Shown piece after piece: positions 58,848 through 64,000 of a stretch of 64,000 bases of DNA. The notes under the pieces were generated by a model. The model ran no database searches and was not told the origin of the DNA. It saw only the letters and a list, made by a program, of their open reading frames with translations. The DNA is taken from positions 1 through 64,000 of the forward strand of contig JBQTHX010000067.1 of assembly GCA_052389415.1 (NCBI GenBank). Direction: 5' to 3'. Numbering within the stretch: position 1 is the stretch's first letter; each line of letters begins with the position of its first letter. A program made the position numbers and the translations under genes. The stretch is from Nitrosopumilaceae archaeon (GTDB lineage: Archaea; Thermoproteota; Nitrososphaeria; Nitrososphaerales; Nitrosopumilaceae).

Positions 58848-59618
58848 TTGAATAACAACCAAATGAGGAATCCTTTGATGAAGATTCTAATTGCAAGTAT
58901 AGTTTCAGCCTCATTTGCAATTTCTGGCGCATCAGCTCAAGTATCCATATTAAATGATCAGCAATACCTCCATGACGAAACAATTCACATTGTGGGGGAG
59001 ATTGAAAATAACACTTTGGTTCCCTTGAACAAAATAGTCGTTACTGCCATCCTCTATGATACTAATGATGAAATTCTTGATACTAAGAAAACAGAGTCCA
59101 TTCTTAAAACTATAATGCCTGGAAAAAAAGGACCGTTCGATATGTCCTTTAATGATAAGATACTTTCGCAAATAAACAGATATTCACTTGAAATAGAATA
59201 CAACCCGGCAACTCCAAAAACTGAATCACTTGAAATATTATCATCAGTTTCCAAGAGAGACATGCTGGACAATTATATTATAAGCGGCACAATAACAAAC
59301 CATGACCAAAAAACTGCCAACTCCATAGTTATCATTGCAACACTGTATGACAAAGACGGGAGAGTTATTGCAACAGGAAAGTCTTTTACAAAACCAGATT
59401 ATCTTAAAGAAGGTGAAATTAGGCCTTTTTTTATATCTGTACAAGATAAATTTCAATCGCGCAACATCGCAGACTATTCTCTGATTGCCGAATCAGAAGA
59501 ATATACAATAATACCAGAATTTCCACTTGGGTCAGGAGTAATCCTTTTGCTTTCAGTCTTGTCCTATCTTATTCTAACAAAAAGACCAAAAAATTTACAA
59601 AAGTCCATTTTCGTGTAA
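58848..59618 (+). CDS. secreted double FxLYD-domain protein with PEF-CTERM sorting signal
   Basis: Signal peptide; AILYD and ATLYD; C-terminal IPEFP, TM helix and KR. Confidence 0.85.
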   Translation: MNNNQMRNPLMKILIASIVSASFAISGASAQVSILNDQQYLHDETIHIVGEIENNTLVPLNKIVVTAILYDTNDEILDTKKTESILKTIMPGKKGPFDMSFNDKILSQINRYSLEIEYNPATPKTESLEILSSVSKRDMLDNYIISGTITNHDQKTANSIVIIATLYDKDGRVIATGKSFTKPDYLKEGEIRPFFISVQDKFQSRNIADYSLIAESEEYTIIPEFPLGSGVILLLSVLSYLILTKRPKNLQKSIFV

Positions 59619-60050
59619 CGAATTTAGAATGATTTCAAGTTTGGCAAGCAAAAGTTTTTGTTCCAATGCAACTGGAGTAACAAATTGGATGGGAAATGTA
59701 ATACTTAACATGTCTGAATCAGTATGCGATACTCTAATCTTATGTTCAGAGGTCTTTTGATTCATGATAAAATTTTTCCATCTTTCAATCCGTTCCTTTA
59801 CATCTTTAATACGCTGTTGTAGATGATCTAATCCAATTTCTTGTTCGTTGAATATTTCAAATTTTAACATAGGTACCATCATATATCCACCTAGGATTTT
59901 TTCGTGTTTTTTATGCATCTCTTCTATTATTTCGTTGACTCTGTGTTCAGGAAATATTTCACCGTAATCGGGATCAAAGTAACCAGCAATGTTTTTGTTT
60001 TCATCATATATTTTGAAATAGCTTTCTTCTCGTTCTAGTTTCCAATGCAT
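59595..60050 (-). CDS. hypothetical protein
   Basis: 151-aa ORF. Confidence 0.75.
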   Translation of the reverse strand: MHWKLEREESYFKIYDENKNIAGYFDPDYGEIFPEHRVNEIIEEMHKKHEKILGGYMMVPMLKFEIFNEQEIGLDHLQQRIKDVKERIERWKNFIMNQKTSEHKIRVSHTDSDMLSITFPIQFVTPVALEQKLLLAKLEIILNSLHENGLL

Positions 60051-60081
60051 AGATTTAATCTAAAATCGGTAGTTAATAATT

Positions 60082-60204
60082 TTAAGACATTTTTGGCAAA
60101 GTGACAAGACATTTACCACAGAAGTAATCTTTCCCCGTGTTAAAGAGAGTGGAATTTTTACATTCTGGACACGATTTGTTTATTCGATTTATTTCAATTG
60201 GCAC
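60082..60204 (-). CDS. zinc-ribbon microprotein (40 aa), eS31-like
   Basis: Hand translation MPIEINRINKSCPECKNSTLFNTGKDYFCGKCLVTLPKMS*; GTG start, TTTTTAGA about 25 bp upstream. Confidence 0.65.
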   Translation of the reverse strand: MPIEINRINKSCPECKNSTLFNTGKDYFCGKCLVTLPKMS

Positions 60205-60308
60205 AGCATCAAGTTTGAGATCCGTCTAAAAAGAAACTGGGTCAACATAATGTTATCAAGTTCTGTAAAATTAACTAATATATGGCATAGCCATAGAATT
60301 AATCGCCA

Positions 60309-60590
60309 TTGACTCTACACCCATCGACTGTTGATTTCATAGAAAATCTCATCAATTATTACATAAGCGAGGTATCCTCTTACAAACAAATTGCACAGAT
60401 GTACTCCGAAGGAGATGATATCACTGCAACTACCCTAGGTATCATAATTGGTTGTGTATATTCTGGATTTTTGCAGACATTCAAAAATCAAAGACAGAAT
60501 CCTAGTCTGGAAGACACACAACAATTCAATGAAATTGTAAAGGAAAGATCTCCAGACATAAAAAAGGCAATACTTGCCGTGAAACAATGA
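60309..60590 (+). CDS. conserved hypothetical protein
   Basis: 93-aa ORF. Confidence 0.75.
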   Translation: MTLHPSTVDFIENLINYYISEVSSYKQIAQMYSEGDDITATTLGIIIGCVYSGFLQTFKNQRQNPSLEDTQQFNEIVKERSPDIKKAILAVKQ

Positions 60591-60629
60591 GGCGCTAGAG
60601 ATAAATTCTTACAAAATTAGTTAAAAATT

Positions 60630-60956
60630 ATGTCAGAAATCATTCATTATAAAATACAACAGTTAATTGACAACGGTCGTACAGTACAAATTTCACTTAT
60701 AGAAGACATACAGCTTGAACCGATTTCACAGAAACAATTGATGTTTGATGCAATAAATAAAAAATTAGATCCTGAATTAAAAGATCAAGTACTTCCCTTA
60801 ATAGAAGCAATCATGCAATCACAACCAACTATTTCTGTGAAAAGCTACGATAATACCTCAATAACTATAAGCATGCCAAAAAAAAGATATGAAAGGATGG
60901 GTAGTCCTCGCGTTGGCGAAAAGTTAGAGATCAATATTAAAAAGTACCTAGAGTAA
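60630..60956 (+). CDS. hypothetical OB-fold-like protein (possibly arcadin-1-like)
   Basis: C-terminal ITISM...YE.MG.P.VGE.LEI pattern. Confidence 0.6.
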   Translation: MSEIIHYKIQQLIDNGRTVQISLIEDIQLEPISQKQLMFDAINKKLDPELKDQVLPLIEAIMQSQPTISVKSYDNTSITISMPKKRYERMGSPRVGEKLEINIKKYLE

Positions 60957-62987
60957 TTTTTCTATTTCAACCATAGAATCCAACGGTAAGGAGCATGTGA
61001 AATTTTTACAAACATAAACTATAGTTCTATTTTTATCAAATTTTTTTCCAGAAAAATATTGATATTTTTTTAGTTCAGTAAGAGCTTCTTCATTTGAAAT
61101 AGTAACAAGTATAGATTCAGGAACAAATTTCTTTGTAAGATCATTGTAGATTTTATCGTCATTTGTATTCAGCACAGTGATTTCAATTGGCTTTTGAATG
61201 TAAAGATACATCGCGTTTAAAAGCTGACCAAAGCCAAACGGGTTTTCCGCAGCCATCAAACAAAGCGATTCCATTATTTTCACAGAGATTTCGAGAAATT
61301 TTTTATCCTGTGTGAAATGATATAATTTCAAAAAAACATATGCAACAACGGAGTTTCCAGATGGCAAGGAAAGATCATAGATATTTTTTGTACGAATAAT
61401 TAATTTTTCATGGTTATCAGCGGTAAAAAAGAAGCTGTTTTCAGTCGGATCCCAGAAATGTTCTATTAGATGATTACCATGTTTGATTGCGAGTTGTAGG
61501 TATTTTTCACTAGGTTCTACCTCAAAAACATCTATTATAGCATTTACAAAATATGCATAATCATCAAGATATGCCTTTAACTTTGCTTGTCCATCTTTGT
61601 ATGTTCGTAAGAGTTCTCCATCAAGTGTTAATTTTTTTGCAATAAATTCAATACAGTTTTTAGCAGCCTGCAGAAATTTTTCATTTCCACTTATTCGATA
61701 TCCTTTGGCAAAAGCAGATATCATCAATCCATTCCAACTAGTGAGAATTTTTTCGTCTTTTCCTGGTGCTGTCCGCTTTAATCTTTCATTAAAAAGTTTT
61801 TGTGATGAATTTCGTATAATACCAATTATTTCGTCTTCCGTTTTTGCAAATTGTAATGCTATTGATGAAACGTTGACATTATTGCACAAGATGTTTTTAC
61901 CTTCGAAATTTCCCCCATCAGTAACATCATAATATAAACAAAAGATGTCTGAGTCTTTGCCTAATAATTCATGAATATCTTTTTTTTTCCACACGTAGTA
62001 CTTGCCTTCTTCGCCTTGAGAATCGGCATCTTGTGCGGAAAAGAAGCCACCCTCAAGCGAAGTCATTTCACGCAATACGTAAGAAAGCGTCTGATTCATC
62101 ACTTCGAGAAACTCTGGATCTTTTGTTATCTGATATGCTTCTGCGTAAACTACTGGCATCAAGGCATTATCATATAACATTTTTTCAAAGTGAGGTACAA
62201 GCCATTTAGAATCTGTAGAATACCTATGAAATCCTCCTCCTAATTGATCATATATTCCACCATCAGCCATTTTTGTTAGAGTTTTTAACACAAATTCTTG
62301 GAATTTTGAGATTCCTGAGAGTTTTGAATATCGTAACATGAACGAAAGATTTGCAGCATTAGGAAATTTTGGTGCATTGCCAAATCCTCCATTTATTGGA
62401 TCAGTAGTCTGAAGCAAATTAACTGCTGCCTCATCTAGAATTGATTTTTCGATTTTTGATTGTGAAGTTTTTGATTCAGTTTGTTTTAAAACATTCATGA
62501 ATTTTTCTGCTGCATCTTCAACATCAGATGGTTTTTCTTTATACGCCTGTGCGAGTTGGCGAAGCAAACTTCCAAACCCTGGTCTGCCATAGCTATCAAG
62601 GGTTGGAAAATATGTTCCCACATAGAATGGTTTTTGTTCTGGTGTAAGAAACACACTCAGTGGCCATCCTCCGCTACCTGTGACTAGCTGACAAACCTTT
62701 TGATATATATCATCAATATCTGGTCTTTCTTCTCGGTCTACTTTGATATTGATAAAATTTTCATTCATTACTTGCGCAATGTCTTCATTTTCAAATGATT
62801 CATGAGCCATAACATGGCACCAATGACACGCGCTATAACCAACACTTAGAAAGATTGGTTTGTTCTCGGCTTTCGCTTTTTCTAATGCCTCTTTTCCCCA
62901 TGAATACCATTTAACAGGATTATAGGCATGTTGCAAAAGATATGGACTGGTTTCTTTGATAAGATTATTAGGTTCCACTTTATTCAA
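60948..62987 (-). CDS. thioredoxin-domain protein, YyaL/SPATA20 family
   Basis: [32 protein letters not shown]. Confidence 0.95.
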   Translation of the reverse strand: MNKVEPNNLIKETSPYLLQHAYNPVKWYSWGKEALEKAKAENKPIFLSVGYSACHWCHVMAHESFENEDIAQVMNENFINIKVDREERPDIDDIYQKVCQLVTGSGGWPLSVFLTPEQKPFYVGTYFPTLDSYGRPGFGSLLRQLAQAYKEKPSDVEDAAEKFMNVLKQTESKTSQSKIEKSILDEAAVNLLQTTDPINGGFGNAPKFPNAANLSFMLRYSKLSGISKFQEFVLKTLTKMADGGIYDQLGGGFHRYSTDSKWLVPHFEKMLYDNALMPVVYAEAYQITKDPEFLEVMNQTLSYVLREMTSLEGGFFSAQDADSQGEEGKYYVWKKKDIHELLGKDSDIFCLYYDVTDGGNFEGKNILCNNVNVSSIALQFAKTEDEIIGIIRNSSQKLFNERLKRTAPGKDEKILTSWNGLMISAFAKGYRISGNEKFLQAAKNCIEFIAKKLTLDGELLRTYKDGQAKLKAYLDDYAYFVNAIIDVFEVEPSEKYLQLAIKHGNHLIEHFWDPTENSFFFTADNHEKLIIRTKNIYDLSLPSGNSVVAYVFLKLYHFTQDKKFLEISVKIMESLCLMAAENPFGFGQLLNAMYLYIQKPIEITVLNTNDDKIYNDLTKKFVPESILVTISNEEALTELKKYQYFSGKKFDKNRTIVYVCKNFTCSLPLDSMVEIEKLL

Positions 62988-63050
62988 TATGTTTTCCTGT
63001 CTATTTGTATGTAATTCAATTGTTAAATAAAGGAAAGATTTCTTTCAATC

Positions 63051-63203
63051 ATGAATTGCAGAAGATGCCACCACATTGATTCTGCTCATGAAATTTTGAA
63101 AGATGGCCCCTCTATTATTCAGGCTGGAAAATGCTTGATTCCAAACTGCAACTGTAAACAATACCTTGATGCCATTGAAAAGATTGATGAAGAATTACTT
63201 TAG
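63051..63203 (+). CDS. Cys/His-rich microprotein (50 aa)
   Basis: Hand translation MNCRRCHHIDSAHEILKDGPSIIQAGKCLIPNCNCKQYLDAIEKIDEELL*; TTAAATAA 21-28 bp upstream. Confidence 0.8.
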   Translation: MNCRRCHHIDSAHEILKDGPSIIQAGKCLIPNCNCKQYLDAIEKIDEELL

Positions 63204-63452
63204 ATAAACGAATAGTACAGCCATTCCTGGTTTTGGCTCATCAAGTTTTGTTCCAGTTTCGTTTATCATTTCAGCTGTTTGTTTTTTTGTTTCCTCAAAT
63301 TGTTTAATTTTTTCATTCATGATGTTATCAGAATAAAAGGGATCATCAAGCAGAGCTAAAAGAAGAAGGCCAATTGCCGCAAGTGAGCCAGCCACTGCAA
63401 CCATAGACCAACCAACTGCCCTATAATTATGAGGTTCTTTCATTTGTTTCAA
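63195..63452 (-). CDS. hypothetical single-TM protein
   Basis: One hydrophobic helix followed by a charged tail. Confidence 0.7.
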   Translation of the reverse strand: MKQMKEPHNYRAVGWSMVAVAGSLAAIGLLLLALLDDPFYSDNIMNEKIKQFEETKKQTAEMINETGTKLDEPKPGMAVLFVYLK

Positions 63453-63532
63453 AGCACCGAAGTCCTGAATTTAATCTTTTATTCACTAAGTAAGGTTATT
63501 TCAAACAAATTGACGATCCAAGTATCACTAAT

Positions 63533-63772
63533 TTAAGATGAATTTACTTTATTTTCTACTTTAAATATCTGCACCATAAGCAAATCCATTCCTCTTTTGA
63601 TATGTTCAAGCTCGTTTAGAGAATGAATCTGTGTTTCAACAAGTACGCGTAAAACGCTAATCATAGACTTTTGATAATGATCTGTAGAAGAAACCTCAAG
63701 GGCATTTAACCTTGATAAAACGATATTCAAATCTTTCTGCATTTCTAGTCCTTTTGATTGAGATTCTGGCAT
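63533..63772 (-). CDS. hypothetical helical protein
   Basis: 79-aa ORF with TATA-like box upstream. Confidence 0.7.
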   Translation of the reverse strand: MPESQSKGLEMQKDLNIVLSRLNALEVSSTDHYQKSMISVLRVLVETQIHSLNELEHIKRGMDLLMVQIFKVENKVNSS

Positions 63773-63823
63773 ATCAATAATTTTCTATGATAATATATGA
63801 AGATAATCTAAATTATCTTGTTT

Positions 63824-64000
63824 TTAATTAGAAGGTTTAGATTCTAGGATTTTATCGGTCATACTAGATATCGCTTTATCAATTCTCATAAACTGTCGTT
63901 GTATTTTTTTATCTACACGACCTTTTGCACTTGCTTTGACTACTTCTACTCCCATTTTTATCTCTGTCAAGTATTCAAGCAATTCAAGCGTCTTGTAATT
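63824..64000 (-). CDS. hypothetical protein, 3' part (truncated by window edge)
   Basis: Open minus frame NYKTLELLEYL...KILESKPSN*. Confidence 0.55.
   Translation of the reverse strand, partial: NYKTLELLEYLTEIKMGVEVVKASAKGRVDKKIQRQFMRIDKAISSMTDKILESKPSN

Overview
AT-rich archaeal chromosome segment whose gene set points to an ammonia-oxidising archaeon (Nitrososphaerota/Thaumarchaeota, probably Nitrosopumilales): ESCRT-III/CdvB paralogue, stand-alone Lrp ligand-binding domains, a PEF-CTERM protein, a biotin cluster and an r-protein cluster lacking rpl2. Most of it is core genome: rpl3-rpl6 cluster, purine genes (purK, purE, purS, purQ, purL, purF, purC), bioD/bioA/bioB/bioF, HMG-CoA synthase, thiolase with DUF35, gap, thrC, ilvA, hjc, psmA and three tRNAs (Phe, Asn, Thr). 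No CRISPR array, transposase or integrase was seen. The most notable observations are (1) many Cys/His metal-binding and single-helix membrane microproteins missing from the ORF track, (2) a class III nucleotide cyclase near an HD protein with a class I phosphodiesterase-like motif fused to a GNAT-like domain, (3) a tRNA-Phe whose 3' end fits a different allele, (4) a BirA-type operator before bioB, with a protamine-like gene and a double Zn-finger gene inside the biotin cluster, (5) a perfect 48-bp palindrome before cdvB, partly repeated at tRNA-Asn, plus a probable ATT start for cdvB, and (6) a candidate structured RNA behind purC. All calls come from reading the sequence by eye; no searches were run.
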